NCBI GenBank assembly: GCA_964650355.1
Contig: CAZYTL010000008.1
Location: 89-64,088, forward strand
Length of the DNA stretch: 64,000 bases
Direction: 5' to 3'
Source: an uncultured Gammaproteobacteria bacterium
GTDB taxonomy: Bacteria; Patescibacteriota; Microgenomatia; CAYXHB01; CAZYTL01
Shown: positions 37,754 to 47,836 of the stretch, one piece after another
Layout: every line of letters starts with the position of its first letter
Numbering within the stretch: position 1 is the first letter of the stretch
Notes under the pieces: model-generated
What the model saw: the letters and a program-made list of their open reading frames with translations, nothing else
What the model was told of the DNA's origin: nothing
The model's database searches: none
Made by a program: the position numbers and the translations under genes

Positions 37754-38902
37754 ATGACTAAATTAAAAGTCAAATCCTATCAGCAATTATATTCCCGGAT
37801 CAAAAGACAAGTTTTTAGCCATCCGAAATTAGTGAGACTGGTCATTATCCTGGTAGTGGTGGCTCTGGGGAGTTGGGGTTTATATATCACTTTGGGTAGC
37901 AAGCTGAACTTGTTTGGTTTATTCCGCACATCCAGGACCATGGCGGAGAGCTTTGTTGATCCCACTTCTATCTTAGCTCAAACTAACGGCAGAACCAATA
38001 TTGCCATCTTGGGAATCGGCGGTGCCAGCCATGAAGCTCCTGATTTAACTGATGCCATGATTTTGGTATCCATAGATTTGAAGAGCAATAATGTTTTGCT
38101 CTTGCCCTTGCCCAGAGATATTTGGATTGCTTCTTTAAGAGCCAAATTGAACACCGCCTATCACTACGGGGAAATCTCTCAGCCTGACGGCGGTGGGTTT
38201 ATTCTCACCAAAGCCGCTATTAGTGAAGTGACTGATTTGCCGATTCACTATGCTGTGTTAGTAGATTTTAATGGCTTTGAAAAGTTGATTGATTTATTAG
38301 GAGGCCTTGATCTGGACGTGGAACGGGCATTTGTGGATGACCGCTATCCGATTCCCGGCAAGGAAAATGCTGAACCAGAGTCAGCCAGATACGAACAAAT
38401 TAAATTTGAGGCCGGGTGGCAGCACATGGACGGAGCCACGGCGTTAAAATACGTTCGCTCGCGCAATGCCCAGGGAATTGAAGGTACTGATTTGGCCAGA
38501 TCTGAAAGGCAGAAAAAAGTGCTGCTGGCCATTAAAGATAGACTGTTAACCACCAAAGTGATGTTTAATCGAGCTAAGCTCGAAGAGTTGAAAGCCACTT
38601 TAGGAGAGGCCATCAAAACCGATATTGATGCATCTTTATATCCGGCATTTGCCAGACTGGCGTTAAATTTTAAGCAGGAAAACATCACTTCTGCCCACCT
38701 CCCTATTTATTTGGAAACGGATAATGGAAATTCAGCTTCGGAATCCGCACTGTTAATTCACCCTTCCATTTCCGACCGATATGATGATCAGTGGGTACTG
38801 GAACCTAAAACAGGAGATTTTCAGCAAATTCAGAGTTATGTGCGTTGTTTGCTGAATAGGGGAGGGGACTGTATAGCCATGGTTACCAACACGGACCAGT
38901 AA
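37754..38902 (+). CDS. LCP (LytR-CpsA-Psr) family protein
   Basis: LTDAMIL, LPRDIW, KLNTAY, ALKYVRSR, DLARSERQ. Confidence 0.92.
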   Translation: MTKLKVKSYQQLYSRIKRQVFSHPKLVRLVIILVVVALGSWGLYITLGSKLNLFGLFRTSRTMAESFVDPTSILAQTNGRTNIAILGIGGASHEAPDLTDAMILVSIDLKSNNVLLLPLPRDIWIASLRAKLNTAYHYGEISQPDGGGFILTKAAISEVTDLPIHYAVLVDFNGFEKLIDLLGGLDLDVERAFVDDRYPIPGKENAEPESARYEQIKFEAGWQHMDGATALKYVRSRNAQGIEGTDLARSERQKKVLLAIKDRLLTTKVMFNRAKLEELKATLGEAIKTDIDASLYPAFARLALNFKQENITSAHLPIYLETDNGNSASESALLIHPSISDRYDDQWVLEPKTGDFQQIQSYVRCLLNRGGDCIAMVTNTDQ

Positions 38903-38923
38903 TCTAGAGGTGACGGGCAAGGC

Positions 38924-38964
38924 CGTCATTCTGGAGGCCCGATAAACATCGGCCGATAGAATCC
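38924..38964. repeat. REP-like palindromic element, copy A
   Basis: CGTCATTCTGGAGG-CCCGATAAACATCGG-CCGATAGAATCC; the 15-nt core recurs inverted at 52588-52602. Confidence 0.55.
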
Positions 38965-38987
38965 CCTAGGGTGAAACTAATTTCTAA

Positions 38988-39458
38988 ATGGATAAATATC
39001 CCGTGAGTATGAAAGCTAAAATTTTGGCGAAAAATATAGGAGAGTTCTATCTCACGGTGATTATTCCCCTACTCTACTTGGCAATCTGGGGATTGATTGC
39101 CAAAACTCCCAGCACCTTTCCCCTATCCTGGTGGCCCGTCATGCAGTGGTTCGCCTACTCTGCGAGCCGTTACGCTTCCCTATTTATTGCTGGCATAGGG
39201 GTAATTCTTTGGCTGTGGTCTTTTTATAGTTTACGGCACGAGTTCGGGGTTTTGCCTCACAGACCCAAGCAAGTGGTCACATCCGGTCCTTACAGGTATT
39301 TACGCCATCCCATGTATCTGGGAATATTTTTGACCTTTACCGGTCTGGCTCTGGCTAATCTGTCCGTCCCCGGCCTGCTGGCCAACTGGCTGGCCTTAAC
39401 TCCGATCAATTGGTGGAGAGGAAGAAGGGAAGGAAAGTTGTTAAGAGGGGTGCGTTGA
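38988..39458 (+). CDS. isoprenylcysteine carboxyl methyltransferase (ICMT/PEMT) family membrane protein
   Basis: VVTSGPYRYLRHPMYLG motif; start may be 39009. Confidence 0.85.
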   Translation: MDKYPVSMKAKILAKNIGEFYLTVIIPLLYLAIWGLIAKTPSTFPLSWWPVMQWFAYSASRYASLFIAGIGVILWLWSFYSLRHEFGVLPHRPKQVVTSGPYRYLRHPMYLGIFLTFTGLALANLSVPGLLANWLALTPINWWRGRREGKLLRGVR

Positions 39459-39617
39459 ACCTATTGACTTTGGGGATAAAGTAGAAGAGATGCAGATCTA
39501 AGTCTGTTGGGCTCCAGAAGAGATTGACTGATAATATTTATTTACCGAGAAATTATTTTTTACTATGATGAAAGTGTTGGAGTAATTTGGGTTTGAAGGA
39601 AGTAGGCGAGTAATTGT

Positions 39618-40949
39618 ATGGCTAAAACCGTGACGGTTAATTTTCAGCTTTCGGACTGGCAGAAAAAACTGGAAAAGTTTATTCGGAAATATGAATGGTT
39701 AGTGGTCGGATTGGTGCTGCTAGCGGGCGCAGTGGTGAGGTTATATAACTTTGAGTACCGCATAAATTTCGGTCCGGAACAGGCGGATTCGCTGTTAACC
39801 GCGGCTAACCAGTTAAGGGACGGAATTTCCCTGTTGGGGCAGGATTATTTTGCCCGCAAGACTTCTTTCGGACATCAGTTGTTTGCTTCTCCCCTATTCA
39901 CCTACAGTTTATTTCCCTTGTTAAAAATTTTCAGGTATGACCCACAGTGGGTCACCGGTTATTTTGCCGGATTGAATTTGTTGACGGCCGGATTGTTTTA
40001 TTGGCTGGCGAAGAAGATGACCGGAATCTTGCCTGCTTTGCTGGCGTTGGGGCTGTTTTTGTTTGACAGCTATATAGTTTACCATTCGATGTTTATTTGG
40101 ATTCTGAATTACTTACCTTTGGTGGGGGTGTTGACGATTTGGGCAATTTATAAAATCTGGCCGTCGGGAAATGAACGGCAGAAATTGATTTGGTACTTGG
40201 TTCTGGGAGCGCTGACAGGAATCGGAGTGGGGCTGGAATACCTTTATTTGATTACCGGGCTGGTGGTGATGGGAGTGGTTATCTGGAGAAGTCACAACCG
40301 GGTGTTGGGGCTGTTATGTTTCTTTGGGGGTATGGGGTTGGCTAATTTGCCCACTTTACTTTTTGAGGTGAGGAATGACTGGTATCATACCCGCACTCTC
40401 TGGCAATACGTGATCGATACCATGAATTCTCCCGGGCAAAGCGCGATTACTTATTATCACTTTCTGCAGTGGCATCCGCTGCTGGCAGTGGCGGGCAGTC
40501 TGTTGTTGTTGAGGATTTCCGTTTCCAAATGGCTATTTTTAGGGCTGGCTTTGGTGTTTTATTTGTGGTTCAATATGAACTCTCCTTTGTTATCCTGGTC
40601 ATCGGCAGTAGGAATGTCCGAAGACTGGGACTATCCGAGATTAAAAGCAGCAGCTGAAGAAATCGTGGGCCGGCAGCCAACGGACTTTAATGTGGCCTCG
40701 TTAGTGTCCTCGGATACGCTGAGGGCTTATCCATTAAGATATTTGTTGACTTATCGTTACGGTCGGGATCCCCAATCAGTCACGGATTATCCCCGGAGCC
40801 AAGTTTTATATTTAGTGGCAACTGATAATTATTTTGATCAATCTGAATTTCCCTGGGAAGTGCAGAGTATACAGCCGTTTAAGATCACTTGGACTCACGA
40901 TCTGCCAGGGAGATACAAGGTGTATGAATTAGGAAGAGAGGAAGATTGA
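39618..40949 (+). CDS. ArnT/PMT-like (GT-C fold) membrane glycosyltransferase
   Basis: About 10 TM helices, RLYN..F..EQ..D first loop, P.LLFE.RN. Confidence 0.75.
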   Translation: MAKTVTVNFQLSDWQKKLEKFIRKYEWLVVGLVLLAGAVVRLYNFEYRINFGPEQADSLLTAANQLRDGISLLGQDYFARKTSFGHQLFASPLFTYSLFPLLKIFRYDPQWVTGYFAGLNLLTAGLFYWLAKKMTGILPALLALGLFLFDSYIVYHSMFIWILNYLPLVGVLTIWAIYKIWPSGNERQKLIWYLVLGALTGIGVGLEYLYLITGLVVMGVVIWRSHNRVLGLLCFFGGMGLANLPTLLFEVRNDWYHTRTLWQYVIDTMNSPGQSAITYYHFLQWHPLLAVAGSLLLLRISVSKWLFLGLALVFYLWFNMNSPLLSWSSAVGMSEDWDYPRLKAAAEEIVGRQPTDFNVASLVSSDTLRAYPLRYLLTYRYGRDPQSVTDYPRSQVLYLVATDNYFDQSEFPWEVQSIQPFKITWTHDLPGRYKVYELGREED

Positions 40950-40997
40950 TTACATCTGGGACCTCCAAAGGCGAACAGGTGTTTATGCGTACCTTGT

Positions 40998-41810
40998 TTA
41001 GGTTTTGTTTGTATCTAAAACTAAAGCGTTATTTCCCCTTATTTTACTTTTAGTGGCCGGGTAACCTGATTTTTGAACCAGGTTTGTAGAATTTTCATTT
41101 GGTGCGATGAGGAGTAATTGTTGATGCTGAGTGCGACGGCAGATGTCAATGGCACCGTCTAAAAAAAGTTGTCCCAGCCCAAGATGGGTATGTTGAAACA
41201 TATTCAGTCTGTTTCTATCAACTCCCTGCTTCTCAAGCTCATCAAGAACCTGGCTATTTAATCGGCCTTCCCCTTTGAGGCGGTTTAGGATTCCGTTCCG
41301 ATGTTCTTTGTAGGTACTGTCAAATCCAACGCGTAGAGCCGCTAATGGCACTTTTCGATTCACTATCGTGGCATCTACTTTCTCCACTAATTTTAAGAAC
41401 AAAGGATCCGGTCTTGTGCTTCCATCAGGACTATCAATTCTTGCGACGGCTCCCATTCCTATATTATCACTACAGATCATGCTTGAGCCCTCTTCTGATT
41501 TTTGGTACCCAACAACCTCTTGAAGAAATATAAATCCTGTCGGTTCTAAAGCAGTATCTTGGCTCCCGAGGGAGCGGTCTTCAAATAATCCGAGACAAAA
41601 AACTCTCTTACGATTTGGTCTATCATCATATTCATTTGAATCAAGACTTACTTCTTTTAAGGCTATAGACAAGGGAAGACCATACCCTGACCTGAATACA
41701 GATGGAAGTGGTATCGGAACCGCGGGTTAGGAGTTGGTGCCGCGAGAACACCACACCTCATCGAATAGTATTTCTGATGTTTTAATTTCAGGAGAGCCTG
41801 TTTCGCCCAT
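40998..41810 (-). pseudogene. GNAT-like hypothetical gene with one premature stop
   Basis: ATG 41810 with TATAAT 7 nt upstream is in frame with the 224-aa ORF, but codon 28 is TAA (41727-41729); C-terminal HLGLGQLFL..N.NS..LVQKSGY resembles GNAT motifs A/B. Confidence 0.5.
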
Positions 41811-41909
41811 ACTCTAGATTATAATATCCGACATCCTTATTCTGGTATATGAGTTACAAATTGTCTTGATAAACGTGGGTAATGCATCATCAATGCTTTC
41901 CTTGATAAG

Positions 41910-41936
41910 AAATCCCGCCATTGTGGCGGGATTTTT
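41910..41936 (-). terminator. intrinsic terminator downstream of the tRNA pair (possibly bidirectional)
   Basis: AAATCCCGCCA-TTG-TGGCGGGATTT hairpin with A/T tails. Confidence 0.8.
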
Positions 41937-41939
41937 AGC

Positions 41940-42040
41940 TGTGAGCCGCCTGGGACTCCCTTCGACTTCGCTCAGGACAAGCTTCTCGTCCCGGTCTAAC
42001 TTAGCCATGCCCAGTGTAGTTTACGCTGAGCTTGTCGAAG
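41940..42040. repeat. tRNA-Lys 3'-end duplication flanking an inverted REP-like pair
   Basis: TGTGAGCCGCCTGGGACTC at 41940-41958 equals 42041-42059; CTTCGACTTCGCTCAG and CTGAGCTTGTCGAAG lie between them. Confidence 0.75.
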
Positions 42041-42042
42041 TG

Positions 42043-42115
42043 TGAGCCGCCTGGGACTCGAACCCAGAACCGTCCGGTTAAGAGCCGGATGCTCTGCCAA
42101 TTGAGCTAGCGGCCC
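42043..42115 (-). tRNA. tRNA-Lys(CTT)
   Basis: Cloverleaf GGGCCGC../..GCGGCTC-A, anticodon arm TCCGG-CTCTTAA-CCGGA, GTTCGAGTC; CCA not encoded. Confidence 0.95.
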
Positions 42116-42150
42116 CCTTTTATAAACATTTAAGAGAACAAGCTGTTATC

Positions 42151-42226
42151 TGGTGCGCCTGGAGGGACTCGAACCCCCAACCTACTGTTCCGAAGACAGC
42201 CGCTCTATCCGTTGAGCTACAGGCGC
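42151..42226 (-). tRNA. tRNA-Arg(TCG)
   Basis: GCGCCTG acceptor stem, anticodon loop CTTCGGA, GTTCGAGTC, encoded CCA. Confidence 0.95.
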
Positions 42227-42404
42227 AAGCTAAACAGTAGCCAAAACGTGGTGTTATCCCTTACTTTACAGGCCAATCATATTATAGCATTCTACCTCCC
42301 AAGTATCAGCTTTAGTTGTGAGCAATCAAAAAGCGTCGGTTTTGTTTCTTTGAGTTCAGTGGAGAGAAATGTTAGAGATCGACCGATATGTAATGAGAGA
42401 TTTT

Positions 42405-42950
42405 TTAGTCCAGCAATTTCTGAAATATAAAAATTACTTCTTTTGCCTGATGTTTATTTCTTAATTCAGATTGGAGTCTTTTTCCTGATTCATAATCAGT
42501 TACTTTCTTTCGGGATATTTCGTTGTGATGTGAATCAAGGGCCACTAATTCATAGGGAAGGTAATTATTTTTTAAATAAAAGTGCTCAACTTTACGATCA
42601 TCTGCCGAAACGACATCAACTTTTGAGAAACCTTTATTTTTGGTAATTTTTTCAAATTCGAAAATTAAATTTGATCCTATACCTTTCCTGGCATACCCCT
42701 TTGTCTGGTCGAGATTGACCGCAATGCCTTGCAAAATGACAGCACCTTCAATTTTTTCTGAAGGACGGCCATAACAAACCCCTATCAGGTTATCCTGGTC
42801 AAGGGCGACCAGATACAAGTCTGGATTTTGTTCGATTCTTTTAACAAATGATGCAAAATTCTCTTTATCTAAATATTCAGATTGAAAAGAGAGAGCTTCA
42901 TGATAATACTTTTTTGATAATGGTTTAATTTTTATGTTCATATACGCCAT
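42405..42950 (-). CDS. GNAT N-acetyltransferase
   Basis: IAV..YARKGIGSNL, HFYLKNNY. Confidence 0.85.
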   Translation of the reverse strand: MAYMNIKIKPLSKKYYHEALSFQSEYLDKENFASFVKRIEQNPDLYLVALDQDNLIGVCYGRPSEKIEGAVILQGIAVNLDQTKGYARKGIGSNLIFEFEKITKNKGFSKVDVVSADDRKVEHFYLKNNYLPYELVALDSHHNEISRKKVTDYESGKRLQSELRNKHQAKEVIFIFQKLLD

Positions 42951-43037
42951 AAAATTATTTTTCAGGTAATGAACGGAGAGTTTGAGACGATATGGATGCT
43001 TTTTTATTTTATAATCTTTAGTAGTTGTTTGAAATAT

Positions 43038-43808
43038 ATGAGCGAAACTGAATCTCTAGAAGGGTTGGAAAAAGAGAAAAGGAACGAACAAAATTCGTTT
43101 ATCGTGTTTAACGAACCTTTACGACCTGATGACGTTGATGTGGTTCTGGTTCCCTGCCCTTACGATGGCGGTGAAGAAGAAAGAGCTGAAATAGAAGACT
43201 ATTGGTCAAAGCAAAATGAAAAAAGAAAAGCTGAAGGTCGGGGTGAACGATATAATGGGACAATTATTGGTGTTGATGGCTATGTTTATGACGGAAAAAG
43301 ATTATCGGTAAGTCTATACGAAATAGATTATAAAGATCTTCTTGGACTGTGGCATCTAAGAAGGGCTTCTCCTCCTAGAAATGGTTTTACCACTGGATTT
43401 ACCAGAACGAAGGATGGCTACTTTGTATTAGGAACCAAACGTAAAGGTTCACGGATGGGTACCAAGGATGTTCCGGGAGGGATTTTAGAAAAAAGTGAAT
43501 CTCACACAATAACTGCAGGACAAGATTTGTTTCAGTCCCACCAAAACGAGATTGAAGAAGAATTGCCTGTAAGTGATGTGGCGGAGATGGAATTGATAGG
43601 GATAGCTAATAATCAACTATCGATTGGGCTTGTTTTTGAAACTCAATTAGATGTCGACGGGATGACTTTGCAAGAAAAATTTAGGGAGATTGAGAGAGAA
43701 GGAGAGTTTTCTGAGCTCCATTTGATTAACCAACAGCAAGCTAATGATTTTTTTGGTTCAAGTGATGAAGGAGAATATCTTAGATTTCTGGCTCCTTTTG
43801 CTGATTAA
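43038..43808 (+). CDS. NUDIX-fold-like hypothetical protein
   Basis: RYNG, TKDGYFVLG, DVPGG..EIEEEL degenerate Nudix box. Confidence 0.6.
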   Translation: MSETESLEGLEKEKRNEQNSFIVFNEPLRPDDVDVVLVPCPYDGGEEERAEIEDYWSKQNEKRKAEGRGERYNGTIIGVDGYVYDGKRLSVSLYEIDYKDLLGLWHLRRASPPRNGFTTGFTRTKDGYFVLGTKRKGSRMGTKDVPGGILEKSESHTITAGQDLFQSHQNEIEEELPVSDVAEMELIGIANNQLSIGLVFETQLDVDGMTLQEKFREIEREGEFSELHLINQQQANDFFGSSDEGEYLRFLAPFAD

Positions 43809-43857
43809 ATGTCCTTTTCAAAAATCTGGAGTGAGCTTAAGATGAAGTCGGAAAGTT

Positions 43858-44136
43858 TTATTCCTGATTCCGAATATATTTATTCCAGTATATAAACATT
43901 CCGATTAGGTTACTAAACACGATTACCAGAACCCACAATAATTTATTCTCAGAATTAACTCTTTTATTTTTTAAGACGTGATAAATATAAAGTGGTTCCA
44001 GTAATAATAATATTAAACATGTAAGTAGACCAAGGAAGAAGATGAGTGGCAATGAGATTAGCCGGGGAACTGTAATCGCTATTAGGATATAAATTACCGG
44101 GAAAAAGGTTAATAAGGTTAAAAGTTTTATATGCAT
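43858..44136 (-). CDS. small membrane protein with PLDc_N-like segment
   Basis: Three TM helices; NKLLWVLVIVFSNLIGMFIYW. Confidence 0.6.
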   Translation of the reverse strand: MHIKLLTLLTFFPVIYILIAITVPRLISLPLIFFLGLLTCLILLLLEPLYIYHVLKNKRVNSENKLLWVLVIVFSNLIGMFIYWNKYIRNQE

Positions 44137-44137
44137 G

Positions 44138-44224
44138 CGGCGGGGGAGGGATTCGAACCCTCGTGCCTCTTGCGAAGCGCACGGTTTTCAAGACCGGCCC
44201 GTTAAGCCGCTCCGGCACCCCGCC
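44138..44224 (-). tRNA. tRNA-Ser(TGA)
   Basis: GGCGGGG/CCCCGCC-G acceptor, anticodon loop CTTGAAA, long variable arm, GTTCGAATC; CCA not encoded. Confidence 0.95.
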
Positions 44225-44272
44225 TACCTCTTAATTATAATATATAACTGAACTCAACCCAATATCTTGGCT

Positions 44273-45319
44273 TTAGGCGAAGTGGAGTTTGAGATGAGCG
44301 TAATTGGTGACGGTAAGCACAGCTAAGGCTAGCAGTCCACTCAACAGGCTCAGGTGGCCTAAAAACGAACCGAAGATGATGCGTATCAAGATGGTGTGCA
44401 TGAAATAGATTTTTAGTGAGTGACGGCCTAAAAAGTTAAACAGTTTAGTGGTCAGGTCGCTGACCACCAGCCGCGTTCGCAATCCCCAAATACAGACCAC
44501 TGAGGCGTAGACCAGCACGGGCAAGCGGGTAAATTTTTCCGCCATTAAAGGATCTCTTCCTGTAGTAATGGCCCTGGTAGCCGCCGTGATTAACCACAAC
44601 AAACTCATAAGCAGAAGCCATTTAAGCCAGGGTTGCATTTTTTTCCATGTTGAGGATAACTGGCGGGAAGCCACCAGCGTGCCCAAACCGCAGTAGCCCA
44701 GCCAGCCTAAGATGGGCAGATATTGCCAATAATCAGAGTGAGCTAAGCGGGGAAACCAGCTGGCGAGCAAGCCTGTCTGCAAAAGGAAAACATAGAGTGC
44801 TGAAGTTCCCCCGGTAATCATGATCAGCCAAAACCAGGCACGGTTTAGTCCGCGCAGCAAAGGATAAAGCAAGTAGAATTGAATGATTAAGGGGATGAAA
44901 TAGAATTGATAATCAGCCTGGCCCAAAAGAAAAACTGCCGGCCATTTGTTCCAGGGAATGTGTTCTCCGGTGGTCGACCATTCGGGAATCAACGTCAGCA
45001 ACAGGAAAATTGCTACTGACCACAAAATGTAAGGCGGGAGGATCTTGGTGAATCGTCTCAGGTAAAAGCCGAGTGTACTAAATTTGCGGTTTTGGTACTT
45101 GAGTCCCAGGCCCAGGGCGGAGAGAAACAAAAACATGGGTACGGAAAATCTACTCAATTGATCAAGGATAATGGCTAATTCTTCAGTGGGTTGATGGCGG
45201 GTAATGCTCCAAGGCAAAGCGGAAAGCGTATGCAGTAGGATGACGGCCACAATGGCGATGCCTTTTAGATTCGTGGTGCGCAGTCTGCTATAGGAGTCGG
45301 GAGTTAAGGAGGAGGCCAT
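44273..45319 (-). CDS. acyltransferase 3 family membrane O-acyltransferase
   Basis: LKGIAI..VILLH, RFSVPMFLFLS, RRFTKILPPY, QFYFIP.IIQFYLLYP, LG..S..IY..H. Confidence 0.9.
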   Translation of the reverse strand: MASSLTPDSYSRLRTTNLKGIAIVAVILLHTLSALPWSITRHQPTEELAIILDQLSRFSVPMFLFLSALGLGLKYQNRKFSTLGFYLRRFTKILPPYILWSVAIFLLLTLIPEWSTTGEHIPWNKWPAVFLLGQADYQFYFIPLIIQFYLLYPLLRGLNRAWFWLIMITGGTSALYVFLLQTGLLASWFPRLAHSDYWQYLPILGWLGYCGLGTLVASRQLSSTWKKMQPWLKWLLLMSLLWLITAATRAITTGRDPLMAEKFTRLPVLVYASVVCIWGLRTRLVVSDLTTKLFNFLGRHSLKIYFMHTILIRIIFGSFLGHLSLLSGLLALAVLTVTNYAHLKLHFA

Positions 45320-45359
45320 AAGGTGCTTAGTGAAGGGAGTTTAGCAAAACTACAACTTG

Positions 45360-45722
45360 CTAGATCCACTTGTCTTGAGCTGTTAGATTTCCGCCTGTAT
45401 CGCCAGTATTTACTGTTCCGACCGGTTCAACAAGGAGGATTTTACATTCTTGGGCAGCGAACGGTTTATGTTCAACTCCATTAGGAACAACAGCCATTTC
45501 GCCTTTCTTTAAGTTAACGCTTCCGTCTCTAAAATCTATCCGTAGTTCGCCATCTAAGATAATAAAAACTTCGTCAGTATCTTTGTGATCATGCCAGGTA
45601 AAATCTCCTTTAACTCTGGCCAGCTTAAAATGGTAATCATTCATTTGAGCGATAATTTTGGGAGACCATTGATCGGAGAATTTTTTAAACTTCTCCTGGA
45701 AATTAATGGCTTTTGTTTTCAT
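45360..45722 (-). CDS. cupin domain protein
   Basis: [28 protein letters not shown]. Confidence 0.92.
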   Translation of the reverse strand: MKTKAINFQEKFKKFSDQWSPKIIAQMNDYHFKLARVKGDFTWHDHKDTDEVFIILDGELRIDFRDGSVNLKKGEMAVVPNGVEHKPFAAQECKILLVEPVGTVNTGDTGGNLTAQDKWI

Positions 45723-45757
45723 GAAGATCAGATTTGTTTAATTAAACCGATAAGAAC

Positions 45758-45848
45758 TGGCGGAGGAGGCGGGATTCGAACCCGCGCGGGACTGTGACAT
45801 CCCTTCGGTTTAGCAAACCGACGCAATAGGCCTCTATGCGACTCCTCC
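45758..45848 (-). tRNA. tRNA-Ser(GCT)
   Basis: GGAGGAG acceptor, TCGGT-TTGCTAA-ACCGA, long variable arm, encoded CCA. Confidence 0.95.
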
Positions 45849-45937
45849 TGGGAATAATTCTAAATTCGTGTTTCGAATTCCTAAATAATTGGTATAATTA
45901 TACCTGATTTCCTGAATTGAATGAATGAATAATCGTT

Positions 45938-46408
45938 ATGGAACTGACTAAATCGTTGATAAAAGAGTTTCTGGGGCAGCATCAATTAATGACTTTGGCG
46001 ACCAGCGGGCATGATCATCCCTGGATTGCAGTAGTTTATTACACTTTTGATCAGGATTTGAATTTATATTTTCTGAGTAGTCCGGAAACGCTGCATTGCC
46101 GCCACCTGGTTCACAATAAACAAGTGGCCATTTCCATCTCTGACAGTCGGCAAAAAGTCTCTGACAAGAAAAAGGGGTTACAAATTTACGGGCTGGCGGA
46201 TCAGGTTTCCCGGGCGGATAAAATAAAACATGTTCTGAAGATGTGGAAGCGGGCCATCGGAGTCAAGGATCCGCAATTGTCTTACGAGAATATGATGGGC
46301 AAGGTGATTAAGAGCAAGATATATAAAGTTACTCCCAAGAAAATTAAATTCTTCAATCAGGAATTATTTGAGGTGGAAGCCGGGATGGAGCCGGTGTTGG
46401 AGTTGTAG
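45938..46408 (+). CDS. pyridoxamine 5'-phosphate oxidase-like FMN-binding protein
   Basis: MTLAT..PW..VYY..LYFLS..T.H..N..VA, GLQI.G. Confidence 0.85.
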   Translation: MELTKSLIKEFLGQHQLMTLATSGHDHPWIAVVYYTFDQDLNLYFLSSPETLHCRHLVHNKQVAISISDSRQKVSDKKKGLQIYGLADQVSRADKIKHVLKMWKRAIGVKDPQLSYENMMGKVIKSKIYKVTPKKIKFFNQELFEVEAGMEPVLEL

Positions 46409-46426
46409 TGGTTGATATAATTAAGT

Positions 46427-47827
46427 ATGACAACTCCGAGCTTACAGGTTACAGATGAATATCAGTACGGGTGGGCGGATGAGGAAGAGTTTGTGTTTAA
46501 GTCAGAACCCGGTTTGGATGAGCAAGTGGTGAGGCAGATTTCGGGCCATAAAAATGAGCCTCAATGGATGTTGAATTTCCGGCTGAGAGCTTTGAAAATT
46601 TTCGAGGGTAAAGCCATACCTACTTGGGGCGGAGATTTATCAGAGATTGATTTTGGCCAGATTTATTATTATTTAAAACCCAGTACCGGCGTAGGCAAAA
46701 CCTGGGATGAGGTGCCTGAGTCGGTGAAAAGGACCTACGAGCGGTTGGGGATCCCCGAAGCAGAGCGCAAGTATTTGGCTGGAGTGAAGGCCCAGTACGA
46801 TTCGGAAGTGGTTTACGGATCGATCAAGGAAAAGTTGGCTAAGCAGGGAGTGGTCTTTTTGAGCATGGACCAGGGACTGGCTCAGTATCCGGAATTGGTA
46901 AAGCAGCATTGGTCAACGGTGATTCCGGCGGCGGATAACAAGTTCGCGGCCTTGAATTCAGCGGTGTGGTCAGGAGGCTCGTTTATCTATGTGCCGCCCG
47001 GGGTGAAGGTGGATTTGCCTTTGCAGGCATATTTCAGAATCAACGCCCGTAGGATGGGACAATTTGAAAGAACTTTGATTATTGCGGACGAGGGGTCTCA
47101 GGTACATTACGTGGAAGGGTGCTCGGCGCCAGTCTATGCTGAAGATTCGCTCCACGCAGCCGTGGTGGAGGTGGTGGTTAAACCCGGGGCCCGGGTGAGA
47201 TACACTACAGTGCAGAACTGGTCTAAAGACGTCTACAATTTGGTGACCAAAAGAGCCCGGGTGGAACGGGACGGGGTGATGGAATGGGTTGATTTTAACG
47301 GCGGATCCAAGCTGACCATGAAATATCCCTCGGTCTATTTGGTGGGAGAGAGAGCCCACGGGGAAGTATTGTCGATCGCTTTGGCCGGTGCAGGACAACA
47401 TTTAGATGCCGGAGGCAAAGCCGTCCATTCAGCACCGAACACCACATCGCGGATTGTGTCCAAGTCAATTTCCTACCACGGAGGCAGAACTTCTTATCGC
47501 GGTTTGTTGCAGGCCACGATCAGAGCCACAAACTCCAGATCAAATGTGGTATGCGACGCTTTGATTCTGGATCCTGATTCGGCGTCAGATACCTACCCCA
47601 CCATGACTATTGATTGCGATCAGGTGGAAATCAGTCATGAAGCCACTGTATCCAAGATAGGAGACGAGCAATTGTTTTATCTGCGCAGCCGGGGAATTCC
47701 GGAAGCTGACGCTCAAGCTATGATTGTGAACGGATTTATCGAGCCGATAGTTAAAGAGTTACCCTTGGAATATGCAGTGGAATTGAATCGGTTGATTCAG
47801 TTGGAAATGGAAGGCTCGGTAGGATAA
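46427..47827 (+). CDS. sufB: Fe-S cluster assembly protein SufB
   Basis: [68 protein letters not shown]. Confidence 0.97.
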   Translation: MTTPSLQVTDEYQYGWADEEEFVFKSEPGLDEQVVRQISGHKNEPQWMLNFRLRALKIFEGKAIPTWGGDLSEIDFGQIYYYLKPSTGVGKTWDEVPESVKRTYERLGIPEAERKYLAGVKAQYDSEVVYGSIKEKLAKQGVVFLSMDQGLAQYPELVKQHWSTVIPAADNKFAALNSAVWSGGSFIYVPPGVKVDLPLQAYFRINARRMGQFERTLIIADEGSQVHYVEGCSAPVYAEDSLHAAVVEVVVKPGARVRYTTVQNWSKDVYNLVTKRARVERDGVMEWVDFNGGSKLTMKYPSVYLVGERAHGEVLSIALAGAGQHLDAGGKAVHSAPNTTSRIVSKSISYHGGRTSYRGLLQATIRATNSRSNVVCDALILDPDSASDTYPTMTIDCDQVEISHEATVSKIGDEQLFYLRSRGIPEADAQAMIVNGFIEPIVKELPLEYAVELNRLIQLEMEGSVG

Positions 47828-47836
47828 GATAGAGGG

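Noticed and set aside
41814-42008. 64-aa ORF containing VLSEVEG
   Set aside because: It is a translation of the REP-like repeat, tRNA fragment and terminator
43964-44218. 84-aa ORF (and the 70-aa ORF at 45585-45797)
   Set aside because: These overlap tRNA-Ser genes and are shadow ORFs
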